DNA of 64,000 nucleotides, taken from contig CDRNVI010000151.1 of NCBI GenBank assembly GCA_977017575.1, positions 62,001 through 126,000 of the forward strand. The letters run 5' to 3'. The notes below the pieces were generated by a model. It worked only from the letters and a program-made list of their open reading frames with translations, had not been told where the DNA came from and did not search any database. Source of the DNA: Paramoeba atlantica (lineage: Eukaryota > Protista > Discosea). Both the position numbers and the translations under genes were made by a program. This document shows positions 14,528 to 33,664 of this stretch, one piece after another. Every line of letters begins with the position of its first letter. Positions within the stretch are counted from its first letter, which is position 1.

Positions 14528-17500
14528 TTAATTAAAACTGTAATCAGAAGGGGGGGATTTTGCTCGAGATGATGAAGATTTTTGTTTTGGGTTGAGAGGT
14601 CTTTCTCGAATTGGGGAATGAAAACGATATTCTGAAGAAGAAGAAGAAGATTTAGAACTAGAAGAGGAAGAGGAAGAAGGAGAGGGAGAGAGAGAACGGT
14701 GTTGGGAAGGAGAAGGAGATATTGCGCGTGAACGAGAGGGAGAATGAGAACGAGAAGGAGAATGGGAACGAGAGGGGGGCTGAGAATAAGAATGAGAGGT
14801 TGGAAGAGAAGGGGGAGGGTAAGTGGGAGGGGGGAGAAGAGAAGGAGATACTGGACGAGTTAGTGTTGGCGATGGGCATGATGTAGAGGGGGAAGAGAGA
14901 GAAGGAGAGGACGATGATGATGATGAAGAAGAAGATGATGAAGAAGATGATGATGAAGAAGAAGATGATGAAGAAGAAGATGATGAAGAAGATGATGAAG
15001 ATGATGAAGAAGAAGATGATGAAGATGATGATGAAGATGAAGATGAAGACGAAGACAAAGACAAAGACAAAGATGATGAAGAAGAGGAAGGAGAAGGAGT
15101 GGGAGAAGAAGACGAAGAAGACGAAGACAAAGACGATGAGGAAGAAGAAGGGGAAGAGGAAGAAGAAGGGGAAGAGGAAGTTGAAAAGAAAAGAGAAGAA
15201 CAAGAAGAGGAACAAGAAGGATCAAGTTGTCGAAGATTCGAAGAAGATAAATAAGAATATTCAAAGAGACTTGCATGTGTTTTTGGATCTAGTTCTGAAA
15301 GAGAGCTATCTCTCAAACTTCTATAACTTTCTCTTAAAAGAGATGAAGTGTGAAAGTCAAATTTGTAGTCAGCCATCGGATCGGTCTTTTTCTTTTTCTT
15401 TCTAAACTGAGACTTAATTCGTTTAATTTCTGACCTTTTCTTTTCTCGAGCAAGCTCTTTTTTCTTTTCCTCTTTTTTCTCCTCGTCTTCATCACCCCTC
15501 TCCTCCTCTTCCTCTTCTTCTCGCCCCTCTCCTCTCTTATCTTGTTGTGACTGATCCCAACGATTTTTGAGATCCAAAACACTTTCGTATAAAAGACGAC
15601 AAAGGTCTTCATCATCAACAAATAGTTTCAATTCTAAGAGACCCATCTCCACCAAATCAGAACCTACAATCAGAGAGAGAGAAAGGGAAGAATTAAGAAA
15701 AATGGCAACAAAAAGGGGAAGATAACAAGAAAAAACTCAAAAGAAAAAGAAGAGATGTCTCCCCAAAAAACGAGAAAAGAAAAAGCACAAAAGTTAAAAA
15801 AAGAAAAGAAAAAAAAATCCTCAACCTAAAACATGGAATTTGGAGAAAACAGAAACCCACTCCTCACCAATTGTATCTTCAATCCATTGACATACTTCTC
15901 CAACACTCCATTTGGCAGGATCAAGAATCGCTTCATTTTCAGAAGAAACATAATAAGTATAAAGTACCCTCGATCCCATCTCTTTTTTCTCCATTCTCTT
16001 GGATTTTTTCTTTCCGTTTCTTTTTGGTGTCTCTTTCTCGTCTGATATTTGTGCTTTTTCTTGATCTTCTTTCTTTTCTCCTTCTTTTTCCCCTTCTTCA
16101 TCACCTTTTTTCTTATCTTCATCTTTTCCCTCCTCTTGTCCACTTATATCATCCCCCTTTTCTAATTCTATTTCCCTTTCTTCACCTTTTTCTTTTCCTT
16201 CAACTTCTTTCTTTCCCTCTTCTTTTTCTTTATTTCCTCCCGTATCTTCTCCTTCTCTTTTTTCTTCATCATTTCCTCGCCCTTCTAAAATTGCAATTCT
16301 CTTCTTCGCTTCCGCCAACTCTTCTTCCAATTTTTTAATCTTTTGAACAAACTCATTCTCTCTTTCGAGTTGGTCAAGTTCACCTTGTACCAATTGTTCA
16401 ATCACCAATTCTGGATCTTTTGGATCAACTCTTCGGGACCAAGAATGAAGCTCTTTCTCTTCTAAGATTGGGGAAGAAAACAACCAGGCAATTACTTTTG
16501 GGTTCGCAGCCAAACTGTAGTCTTTCACACGACAAAGTCCAGCATCGAGGATTACTTCAGCAATTCTCATTCTTTTTGAAAAGTTAATTAAATCACCATT
16601 GACCGTATCTGGATTGCCATCAGAAAGAAATAAGATATCTTTTTGATAAATTCCGAGATAAGGGATACAAGGTGGCGTAGATTTGTCAATTAACTCTCGA
16701 TAACTTTTAAAATTTTTCTCGAAACTGAGTTGTTGTTCCAATTCCTTCAATTTAGCTAAGGACCCAACAGAAACTTCCTTTAACGTTCGATTCATCCTCA
16801 CAACCCAAGATGAGGTCAAAGCAGAGACAAGGGCAGATAAACATTGAAAGTTTTTCATCGAAAAAAGAAGGGAACCTATTTCAACCATTTTCTCAAATGC
16901 TGCCACTCTGTCTTTCAATCTCACTTTGGTAACAATTTCTGATGAACCCCACGCAGCAACTCGATTGTACAAATCCACAAGTCGGTTAATATTCTGATAC
17001 TCATCTTCACTGGCCTTTTTTCCTTTTAACCAGGCCAAGTATTCGCGATCCTTCAAATTCTTAAAAAGTGAGAAGGCAAAGAGAGTTAAAGTCGAAGCAA
17101 TCACATCCGCAGGCCAAGAATTCAAATTAAAATCCCCACTTTCACACTTCCCAAGTTTAAACCGATCCTCGCCCGAAAATGGAAACATCACCAAGTTTCT
17201 CGAACAGAGAGGTTCTCTTGTTGGAGACTGAATTTCATCTTCGAGTCGAGACCCTTGTTCTTGAATTGTTCGATTCGCAGAGGACTTTAAAGTTGAAGAA
17301 AAAGAGAGCAATTTCTGCTTCAACTCATTATTCTCCCAATCAAGCTGAAAATAGTCTCCGATCCAATCACACAACACTTCAATAGTCTGGTTCTGAGAGA
17401 CAGTGGTCGCCGTCCCATCTTTCAAATTGGTTTCTTCAAGATAAGACGAAGTAAGAAGATCAAAGAAATCTTCTGAGGAACATATTGTCGGGAGCATTAA

Positions 17501-17842
17501 TAAGAAGGCTCTACGATATTTTAATGTTCCTTGTACATTGGAGCAAAGAATTTGAACAAGGCGACGGAGAGAACCTCCTCTCACTTCAGGAATACCCTTA
17601 CTTCTGAGTTCAACTTCTCCTTTGTTCAAATTCAATCGAAGACAGTCAATTGTTTCGAACTGTTGGGTTGATTCTTCAGAAAGAAAAGCAGAAAGAGCAT
17701 CGTCCATCAACCCAAATGTTGAGGTAAGAATTAAGTTACTCGGGGTGCTCTCACTTTTGAGGGAAGTTGGAAGAAGAAAGTAGAGAAGATCATCTTCATT
17801 GATGTAGCATGCAGTTGGTTCCTCATTGCTGGTTGAAACCAA
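14528..17842 (-). CDS. RasGEF (REM + CDC25) with coiled coil and SAM-like domain; paralog 2, 5' end uncertain
   Basis: Exons about 15821-17842 and 14528-15660: YNRVAAWGSSEIV, KNFQCLSALVSAL, PCIPYLGIYQKDILFLSDGNPD, INFSKR. SAM WSVGEVCQWI...HVLG|SDLVEMGLLELKLFVDDE is split by an intron and is colinear with paralog 1. Confidence 0.9.
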
Positions 17843-18575
17843 ATCTAAGAGACCCTTTGCTGCGGAAGTTGACCCTTCGATTGTGAGACCAATTTTTTCT
17901 GTGAGTGTTGAAGAAAACCCAGGGGCCGGTTTCGTTTGTTGTTCATCAGAAGTCTGTTTTTCATTTTGGTTTCAGAGTGAGGAACAGGATAAACGATGAG
18001 AGAGGAATTGAGGATTTTATAAGGAAATTAATCAAAGAAAAATCAAAAACCAATGGGGGTCTTCGTTTCGAACCCTTTTTGGGAGACCAGAAAGTTCCTT
18101 CCTCAGACTCTTCCTGGCGATTCTTCCTGTTCGAGAGAAATTAAGAGAACAGAAAGGGACAATGAAAAAAAAAATGAAAATGAAAACCGTGATTCTTGAG
18201 CCATCAAAGAAGAGCAAAAAAGAAGAGCAAAAGAACAAACAAGAGAGAAAAAAACTGAAAAAGGAAACCAACAAAAACAACAACACAAAAGAACTCCCCT
18301 ACCGCAAAGGTGTTGTAAAATGAAAAAGTCGTTGCTGTCAAAAAGGGCGCAAACGCGACAATCGCGAATTTTTTGGGTTATTTTTTGAGTATTTCTCGAT
18401 CCTGCTTATTTATTATGTCGTTTCATGCCACATCATTCTTTGTGGATTCCCATGAAATTGTGAGAAGAAAAGACAGTTTAAAGTCAAAAGTTCTCAGGAA
18501 AGAAGAGAGTCTTCAGTGTGACCCTTTTTTTCCTTTTCATCTTTGTTCATCCTTTTTTTTTTTGGATTTTGTGCC

Positions 18576-21022
18576 TTAACCTTGTGACATGTCCCCCGAA
18601 TACATTCTCTGAAACCTCGATCGAATCTGGAAGAGTAAACGCATTGCCAAGCATGATTCGTCCAACGTTCCCTCTGTACATTCAATTGAGTCACCATCAG
18701 TCGTTTGCTTAAGGGAATAACTGGGAATCCGTTTCCCAAACAAAATGACCACAATCACCATGACTCCCAAAGATACGCCCAAACCGACCCACTTACCATA
18801 CCACTGCAACCCAAATGGCAAATAGCCAAAGAGAGCGGCGATAACGGCCATGGTGACTGCATAAGGAGCTTGAGTAATCACATGATTGATAATCGAGCAA
18901 CCGGAGAAAGAAGCAGAAAGAATAGTCGTATTTGAAACAGGAGAGCAATGATCGCCAAACGAGGCTCCAGATAAAACTGAAGCTAAAACAGCAACAACAA
19001 CACTCATATCACCTGGTTCAGACAACCCCCACGTAAGAGGAACTGCGAGAGGATGAACAATTGCCATTGTTCCCAGCGATGTTCCAGTCGAGACAGAAAT
19101 CACAGCGGAAAGAAAGAAGGTGATAAGAGGTAGATAGTGAACATCAATTGAATCACCAATTAAGTTAACCAGAAAATCTCCAGTATGTATGGCTTTGCAA
19201 ACATTTCCAATCGACCAAGCAAAAATGAGAATCAGATTGTTGAACACCATCATCTTACAACCAGCAACCCAAACAGAGACAGCTTTTTCCAAAGAAAGGA
19301 TTTTTTGAGCCATCAAGAAAAGAGCGGTCAAAATACTACATAAGAATGATGCCCAAAGGAGAGTATCTCCTGAAGAGGAATGAGCGTAAATTGGACCAAT
19401 CCCGTTCAGCATCAAAATCTCCTCATCAAGAGATTGAACAGTTTCAGGATCTCCACGATCAATAGCTTCTTCAAGTTGGTCGTTCAGGTCATCTCGAAGT
19501 CGTTCAACCGTATTTATCCCACTCACTGTTATTCCCACAAGAACCATTCCTACCAAAACCAAGAGGGGAAGAACAGCATTCCACCATTTTTTTGTAATAT
19601 CGTCTGGAGGAACAAGTATTGGATCAATCTCATCTGCAAGTGTCTTTTCTTCAACTAAGATGGGTTCTTCTTCATCATCTTCTTCACGTTGAGAAGGGTA
19701 TTCATCTTCAGGTTCCGTATTTTGACTTGCTGAAGGAGAACGTAGTAGTAGTTGACCACGCTTCTCAAGTTCAAATTGATACATTGGACCAAAATCAGTT
19801 CTCGTGGCAGACATAAGAGGAAGTAAAAATACAATGAGAATTGGATAGAGACGGAAAGGGATTGATTCATAGAGGGCAGTAGTCGCTTCATAAGGGACGT
19901 CCAAATAATTAAATAGATCGGAAATTAGTCCAACCTCATAACCAAAGAGAGCAGAAATCGGAATCAAAACAGAAACAGGAGAAGCAGTAGTATCAAGAAT
20001 AAAAGCCACCTTCTCTTTGGAGACTTTTAATTTCTCCGCAATTGGTTTCAAGCTTACCCCACACAACAGAATACTCATTAATGAACTTAAAAAGAGAAAA
20101 ACACCCATCCCCCACCCAAAGAGAGTCATTTTACGAGTTGTGTTGATGTACTTACTCGACTTCTCAGCAAATTGTTCAATACCACCAGAAAAAATCACCA
20201 ATCCAATCACACCACCAATGAAAAAAAGATAAAGAAACATTGTAGCATTGAAAGCAGATGTCATTGAGTCAACTAAAAATTGGGTGGAGGAGGTATAAGC
20301 GCTAACTGGGTTGTAGTTGTTCAGCAGAAAGGAGCCAAGGAAAATTCCAAGAAAAAGTGATAAGAGGACCTTTTTTGTGATAAGAGGAGAAAAAACACAA
20401 GTTTAGTCATCATGTGAAAAAAAAAAAAAACTCTCGCGATCTCTTCTCTCTTTCAAAAAGAAAAAGAAAAAGAAAAAAGAAAAGAAAAGAAAAGAAAATT
20501 CTTAGATAATTTTTACACAACCTGCCGTGTAATTATCGCAAAAGATACAGCAACGAAAGGGGGAAGAAGACTCAACCAACCGTCCAACACTCGAATTGGC
20601 AAGAAAGAAGGATCAATTCCCTCCAACAAAATTTCAACTTCAATCTCTTTTAAAGAAGTGGAAAAAGGACCAATTGAAGAACGAAGAACAAAAACAGAAC
20701 CCCCTACAACCCCTGTAAGATTCCCTTCCTCTTCTACAACTTTCTTCCCTTCTTCTCCCATTCGAATGACGTACGGTACAGTTGATGGCCACAAAATTGC
20801 TTCTTCTGTCTCTCTTTCCAGCCCATAAAAACAAGAGAAAGAAATAAGAAATTCAAAGGGAACATTTTTCAACAAAACATCATTATAAGTGGAAGGAGAA
20901 TGAGAGACATCAAACGATCCAACTACGTCATACTCGCCACTCTCTTGCTGTCCACAAACCAAAGAAATCTCAAGAAGAGAGAAGAAGAAAAAAGAAAAAA
21001 ACAAATTTCTTAAGAGATTCAT
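18576..21022 (-). CDS. NhaC-family (Na+/H+ antiporter / amino-acid transporter) membrane protein with N-terminal signal peptide; 2 exons
   Basis: GTSLGTMAIVHPLA, LSGASFGDHCSPVSNTTILS, HVITQAPYA, FILDTTASPVSVLIPIS are NhaC-family motifs. Splice AIITRQ|VLLSLFLGIFLG across a GT-AG intron at about 20369-20517. Confidence 0.85.
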
Positions 21023-21380
21023 CTGTGGAACAAACATTTGATCAAATATCTGATCAAAAAAAAAGGAAGAAGAGAGGAAGGAGAGAGGAGGGACAGAGAG
21101 AGGAAAGAACAGACGGGGCGATCGAGCGGACAAAAACAAAAAAAAAAGGATGGTGTCCCTCACTTTTGAGCAAAAGGACACAATATTTCCATTGACACAA
21201 TGTGTTGTGTTGTGTGTTTTGTTTGGTTATGATGCTGGGGTCATGGATCTTGAATTTTTTTCCCCCTGATTTGTGGGGTGAAAGCACTTGTGCAATGGTT
21301 TGACTATGTTATTATGGAACGAAAGACGAATAAAAATTGTTGGTTTAATTTGTGAACCACACAAATCCTCCTTTTTTGTT

Positions 21381-23232
21381 TTAAAAAAAGTCTTTCTTAG
21401 TGTCCTCACTTTCCCCACAACCAAGACTCTCCCCGCATGTTGCACAATTCTTTCTTTGTTGGATTACAGCTTTCTTCAAAACCTCAATCTCCTTCTTTGC
21501 ATCTGCATCAATCTGTTCTTCGAGTGCAAAAGTCTTTGCTAATCCTCCGCCAGCTGTCTCTCTATAAGCTACCATAATATCCTCTCCTGTTAGCTTCAAT
21601 GTTAACACAACTTCATCATATGAAACGAGATGTCGTCCATCACCCATCAGAGCATAATCCGCAACATCCAATGCACGAGTAGTCGCAAACGCGCAACGTT
21701 CGATGCAAGGAACTTGGACGAGCCCTTCAACAGGATCACAAGTCATTCCAAGATGATGTTCAATAGCCATTTCAGCAGCATGTTCAACTTGAGATGGTGT
21801 ACCACCAAGCAACTGAACCGCGGCTCCAGCGGCCATTGCACATCCCGTTCCAATCTCTCCCTAGAGAATCAAATTTTAGATTAATGACCAAAAAGTATAA
21901 TTTTTGTTATCCGTAATCCTACACTCTTATCAACAAAGAAGAAAAAAACCTGGCAACCCACTGTGGCTCCTGAAATGGAAGCGTTGGTTTTCATAATATT
22001 GCCAATCACCCCTGCTGTCGCTAAAGCATCGATGATATCATCTCGAGTGATGAATGGATTTGTTTCCATCAAATATCTCAACGTTGCTGGAACAACAGCA
22101 CAAGAACCGCAAGTTGGAGCTGTGACAACTCGCCCCCCACTCCCATTTTCTTCTGCAACTGCAAGCGCATAAGCGAAAGCAATTTGACGAGAAGGTGGAC
22201 CCTTCATGCGTTGGGCACGTCGAAAACTAAAAGAATATCAATAAACTTTCTGGAAACAAGACTTGGAAAAAAAACAATGGAAAAGGGGGGAAAAAAAGGA
22301 GAACGTTGCAGCAGCTTTTCGAGGATATTTTAGTGGTCCAGGAAGGCAACCGGTTGTTGCTAAACCTCGATCAACTGATTCCATCATTGCGTCCCAACAA
22401 GCACCAAGATGTTCTCGAATAGAATCGCCTTCGATTTCAAAAACAAGAGCACAAATTGGTGATCCCTGTTCTCGTGTCCACGAGAGGATTTGATTCATGG
22501 TGTATACATGATAAACATCATAGATCGTTCCTTGTTTGGTTCCTGGAAAATGAAATCAGGAATGACTCGGTCATTTTTTTTTTTGTAAAAAGAGATCAGC
22601 AAAACAAGTAAAAGAAAACCTGGAGGTCCACCTTCAGAGTCTTCATCCACAACAGATCCACCTCCAACTGAATAACAGGTGTACGAGTCGAGGACTTCCC
22701 CTTTTTCTCCAATTGCTTTAAAAATCATTCCATTTGTATGAAGTGGTAAAGTTTCATGCTTCTGCCAATCAATCGTTACATCTGAACCACTCGGCAATCC
22801 ACCAATAATTGCAATATCAGTCAAATGTCCCTTTCCTGTCGCAGCAAGAGAACCATACAAAGAAACAACAAATGTTTTATGGTTTGGATGTCGTTCAGCA
22901 AATCGTTCAGCAGCTCTTCTTGGTCCCATTGTGTGAGAAGAAGAGGGTCCAAGCCCAATTCGATAAAGTTTCTTTAGAGATTGCATTCCTCCTGTTTCTG
23001 GTCTTTTTGGAGGGAACGTTTCATATTCAATTTGAAGATCCTGCAAAAATGTTTTCGAGTGTCAGGAAGAGTGAAAGAAAGAAGAAAAGAAAAAAACAAG
23101 GACTGGGCGACTAAACAAAGAAGACTGAGCTCTTTGAAATTTTTGGATCAAAACAGTTTTCTGTCCAGCAGCATGTACTTTTCCAAGATGAAAAAATTGT
23201 TGAGTTGAAAGGGCTTTCTCTTCATCATCCAT
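21381..23232 (-). CDS. sdaA: Iron-sulfur-dependent L-serine dehydratase, single-chain (SdaA-like), multi-exon, with N-terminal extension
   Basis: MQSLKKLYRIGLGPSSSHTMGP, YGSLAATGKGHLTD, YSVGGG, AVAEENGSGGRVVTAPTCGSCAVVP, NASISGATVGCQ, EHHLGMTCDPVEGLVQVPCIER; the Cys ligands are retained. Confidence 0.9.
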
Positions 23233-23399
23233 AATCAGCCTCTCAACACAAAATAAAAACAAAAACAAAAAGAAAGGAAAAGAAATCCGAAAGAAAACCA
23301 AAAGAAATCTCACAAAAACAAGGGTGTTTTTGCAGTGGACTCTCCAACGCTCTTCCCTTTCTCTTTCTCTTCTCTCTCTCTCTTTCATTTTTCTTTACA

Positions 23400-26300
23400 A
23401 TGGGAGATTTTGGAAGACAAAAAGCGAGGGTGTTATCCCAACCACAACCCTCTTTCTTTTCCTCTTTTCTCCATTTTTTCTCTCCCTGTTCTCTTTTCTT
23501 TTGGTTTTCTTTTTGTTTTTTTGTGTTTGTGGGGATTGTGAAAAGAGTGATTGGTTTTCTTTTTGCTCCAAAACGTTCTTTGAAGAACAAAAAGAAGATT
23601 GCTGTTATTGGAGGTTTTCTTTTTCTCTTTTTCTTTTTGCTTCTTCTTCTTTCTGTTTTTTTTCTCTTTCTTCTTCTTTTTTATCTTGTTTGTTAAACCA
23701 TCACACCACATTTTCTGACCATAGGTGGTATCGCTGGTTGTTCGACCGCTTGGAGTCTCTCCAGGTTTCAATTCAGAGACTCTTTCAAATAAAATTGAAA
23801 GAAAAGAGAATAAGAAAAGAGAATAAGAAAAGAGTTAGAGGAAAGAAAAGTTGAGGGAGATGAAAAAAAGGGGTGGAAGAGAAAAAGGCTGATTTTGATT
23901 TTGATAGGAGTGGCTTTGATGTTGTATTGTATGAATCACGTAATTCTCTTGGTGGAAATGCCAAGGTTACTTTATCTTTTTGAAAAAGAAGAAAGTTTTT
24001 TATTATTGATTGTGTTGTTGTTGTTTGTGTTGTCTTATGTGTGTGTGTTGTTTTTTTATGTTGGCTTGTGTTTTATTCTCTTGTCTTGTCTTGTCTTGCA
24101 TTGCATTTTGTCTTGCATTTTACTTTTTGTGAACACATGGTGTTTTTTGTTGTATTGGGTTGTTCTCAAACAACAAGAGGACTAATCTCTTTCCAAAAGA
24201 CTCATAATTGGTCTGCCACCGAAAAACAAGAAGAAGAGGAAGAAAAAAAAGAAGTAATCACAGGATTAAGTGTATTGGCATGGCCATCAAAATATTTTCA
24301 TAATTATGCTGCCCTTTTGAAAGAGATTGGGATTGATGATTGTCAAGTTCGTTTGCCTTTTGCTCTGAGGGATCCTGATTTTACTGATTTTTTTCATGGA
24401 GAGTTTGTATTTTGTTTGGATTGTTGTTGTTGTTGTTTTTGTTGTTGTTGTTTTTGTTGTGTGTTTTTTGTACACGTTGTTGTGTTTGTACTTTTTTTTC
24501 CTATTTTTTCATTGATTTTTCTTTCTCTCATTTCTTTAAAAGAGAGCCAGAAGAGTATCTCAAACCAGATTTAGATCGATGGAAAAGGCTTGTTAATTCT
24601 GTTCGATCTGTCAATGTATTCTTGACTGGTTTTTTCTTTTATTATTCTTTTTTTGATGCAAAAAAAAAAAAAATCAAGAAGAGAGAAGAGAAAGAAAAAA
24701 AGATAGTGAAAAGAAAAAAAAAAAATCTCAAAACTAATTCAAAATCAAAATAAAAGGTGAATCATCATCACTCTATGCATATTCAGCATTAAACCCGTTC
24801 AACATTCTCCCCCTAAAATTCACAGCCTGCACTCTCTTCCGAATTTCCGTCCCCTTTTGGGAGAGTGTAATAGTCCCAATTTATAGCAGTTCTTTTTTGA
24901 CTAAAAATATTGAGAGTCTTCCGTGTTCAATTCTGCCCGCTGTCGATGATATGATCCCTTTAAATGGCGTTCCTTCTATGCGGACTTGGACCGCTAATTC
25001 TCGTCATGTTTTTGAGAGGTTGTGCCGTTCTGTTACTGTTAAGACTGGTCATGCTGTTTTGGAGGTTTTTGTTTTGTTTTTTTTTTTTTTTGTTTTTTTG
25101 TTTTAATTTTTTTTGTTTTGTTTTTTTTTAATTTATTTTTATTTTTATTACTCGTTCTGTGATTTTCATTCTTCTGATTCTTTTTTTCCTCCGCTTTCTT
25201 CTATTCTCTTCTCTTTTCCTCTCCCCCTCTTCCCCCCCCCCCTCTCTCTCCTTCCCTTCTCTCTCTCCAAACAAAAGGTCCGCCCAATAAAACAATCCGA
25301 TGGATCTTACACCCAAATGGTAAGAGACGTCACAAATGATTTTGATTTTTTTGACAATGTTGTTTTTGCTTGTTCCGCTGATTTTGCTATTCGTGCTATT
25401 CGTGAGCCTTCTCTTCTTCAGGTTTTTTTATTTTTGAGAAAAGGAGAGAGAAGAAGAGAAGAAGAGAAGAAGAGGGTAGAGAGGAAGAGAAGAAGAGAGG
25501 AAGAAGAAGAGAGGAAAGGAGAAGAGAAGAAGAGAGGGAGAAGAAGAGAAGAGAATAGAAAAGAGAAAGTTTTTCTTTAATTTTTTTAAACATTTGAATT
25601 GATTAGTCTCGTATTTTGTCGAATATATCTTATGTTGATGATCATGATCATACATTTTCGAAAGGAATTATTCACAGGTTTTATTATTTATTTATTATTT
25701 ATTATTTATTCTTTTTATTCTTTTTATTCTTGTTATTCTTGTTATTGTTATTGTTATTGTTATTGTTATTGTTATTGTTATTGTTATTGTTATTATTATT
25801 TTTTATTATTACTATTTTATTTCTTTTGTTTTTGGTTTTTTTCTTTTCTTTTTTCTTTTTTTTTATTTGTTTTTGTTTTTGTTTTTCTTTCTTTCTTTCT
25901 TTCTCTCAATGATTTCCCCTCTTTTGATTGAATAATTTCTCTCTTCTCTTCTTTTCTTTTCTTTCACAGAGATTCGTCTGTTATTCCAGAGGATTTGAGA
26001 GAAGATTTAATTAAAGGATATTCAAATTATGTTCATATTTTTTTTTGTCAGATTCTTTTTTCTTTTCTTTTTTTTCTTTTCTCTTCTCCTCTTTCTCTTC
26101 TCTTTTTTCTTTTTTCTTTTTTCTTTTTCCTTTTCTCTTCTCCTCTTTCTCTTCTCTTTTTATTCCTAAAAAATAAAAAAAAAAAAAGGTGCGAATTTAT
26201 AGAGAACCTTCTAAGAAAAGAGGACATCTTGGTAAAGTCTTTTCTTATGAGAATACATTCATTTTGTCTTGGGTTCCTGGTTTGTGATCTTCTTTTCTCT

Positions 26301-27386
26301 TCTCTCTCTTCTCCCTTCTCTCTTCTCTCTTTTTTCTTCCTTTTCTCCCTTTTCTTTTCCTCTCTTTCCTCTCTTTCTTCTTTTCTTGATTTCTTCTCTC
26401 TCCTCATTTTTCTCTCTTCCCTCTCTTTCTCTCTTTTGATAATTTTGATTGGCAGCGATTCAAGGGGAAAAAGAACCAATGCTCATTACATATGATAGCC
26501 AGCATGAACATATTGATAACGTTCAGGTTTTGAGATTTTCTTTTTCTCTTTTCTTTGTTTTCTTTCTTTGTTTTCTCTTTTTTCTTTTCTTTCTCAAATA
26601 ATAATATGAAAAATATGAAAAATATAAAAATAGGAAAAATAAAGAAATAAAAGAGAAAAAAAAAAAGAAAAGAAAAACAAATCAAATTAAAAACAAAAAA
26701 AAAATAATAATAATAATAATAGGGAGAAGTATCAAACATGAGAGCACACCCAGATTTATCACTGTCAAATTTATTATTGGCTCAATCGATTGGGTTGATT
26801 CAAGGTGATTTTGGTCTTTATTATTGTGGTTCTTTTACTACTCCTGGTTTGTTTTGTTTTTTTTGTTTTTTTGTTTTTTTTTGTTTTTTTGTTTTTTTGT
26901 TTTTTTGTTTTTTTGTTTTTTTTTTGTTTTTTTTGTTTTGTTTTTTGTTTTGTTTTTTGTTTTGTTTTTTTTTGTTTTTTTTTGTTTTTTGTGTTTTGTT
27001 TTTTTTTGTTTTTTTTTATCTCTGATAATTTTTTGTTTTCTTTTTTAATGAATTTCTCATATTCATTAAAATTTCTAATGAAAAGGAAATGGACATGATT
27101 TATCTTTGCTCTCTGGGCTCATTGTGGCCAACGCACTTGGCGCTCCTTATCCATTCTCAAGTAATCAAGGTTCTTCTCTTTTTCTCTTTCATTTTTTTGT
27201 TTTCGCTTTCAAAAAAAAAGAAAAGAAATAAAACAAAAAAAAAAGGAAGAAAAAAAAAATCAAAAACATAAAATTGAAAAGAAAAAAGAAAAGTAATAAA
27301 AGAAATAACAAAAAGAAAATTAAACTTTTCATTTCACAGCTGCTGTGAACGATTTCCGTCAACTTCGAGGGTTAATGCACCTTTAA
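23400..27386 (+). CDS. FAD-dependent (amine-oxidase-like) oxidoreductase, many small exons
   Basis: Spliced KIAVIG|GGIAGCSTAWSLS dinucleotide-binding motif (23595-23760); VLAWPSKYFHNYAALLKEIG; FDNVVFACSAD; GLYYCGSFTTPG|NGHDLSLLSGLIVANALGAPYPF; stop TAA at 27384-27386. Confidence 0.7.
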
Positions 27387-28082
27387 ACAACAATTCCATT
27401 TTTTGGAAAATGAAAAAAGAGTTTTTTTTTTGTTCAAAAAAAACAAAATGTCGAAAAAAAGGAAAAAAAAAGGAAAAAAAAAGGAAAAAAAAAATTGAAT
27501 CTCTTGCAAAAAGAAGAAGAATAAAACTAAAAAGCGATTTGTTGTTTTGTTTTTGTGTTTCAGTTTCTTGATTTGCGAATTTTTTTTCCCTTTTTTACAA
27601 GATGTTTTCATTTTCCAAAAAACAAAAGTGTGGGAAAGTCTCCTTCCTCTTTTTCCTTTCCTTTTTCTTTGTTTCTGAAAAAAGTCTTTCTTTCAAAAAA
27701 AAAAAAACTGATGGGAAAATGGTCGAAAGTGTTGCTTCGAACTTTTAAAAAGAAAGAGGGGTACAAACAAAACTTCTGAACATCCAATTGGAGTACGATC
27801 ACGAAAGTGTTCCAATTTGAATAGAATTATCTGGCAAACAAACCACTCAACAAAAAAAAGATGAAACAAGAAAAACAAAAAACCTTTATTCATTGAATGA
27901 GTTTGAAAAAAGGAAGGAGATAAGAGATAGGAGAAAGAGAGGGGGAAAAAAAATTGGAGACTTCTCGATTATGCGTGTCATCCTTGTGCAGGGGAAGATT
28001 TCTTTTTGATCCGGTCGCATTTTGCCACACACCCAAAACCAAAATTTTTCCCGTTGTCGAAAAGGCACGTGTGAACCCAAAC

Positions 28083-33365
<5,283 letters not shown>

Positions 33366-33664
33366 GCATTTAAATATTGTATCATAAATATTTTATTTCT
33401 TTTACTTATCTTTGTTTCTTTTGGCTCATTCCTCTCTTTGTTCTTCTTCAAATTCAATTCTTAAATCTTTTTTTCTTGTTTCTCTCTTCATTCCTCGCCT
33501 CTTCGGTCTCCCCCAAACAATGAGTCTTTTTTAATGAGGAACACATCTTTTAATTTCCAAAAACGGATTTTGTATTTTCTTGTTTTCTTGCTCTCTTGTC
33601 GTTCTTGACTAAAACTGGGGAAAAGTGGGGAGCTAGAAAAGAAGGAGAAAGAGGGGTCAAGAAT

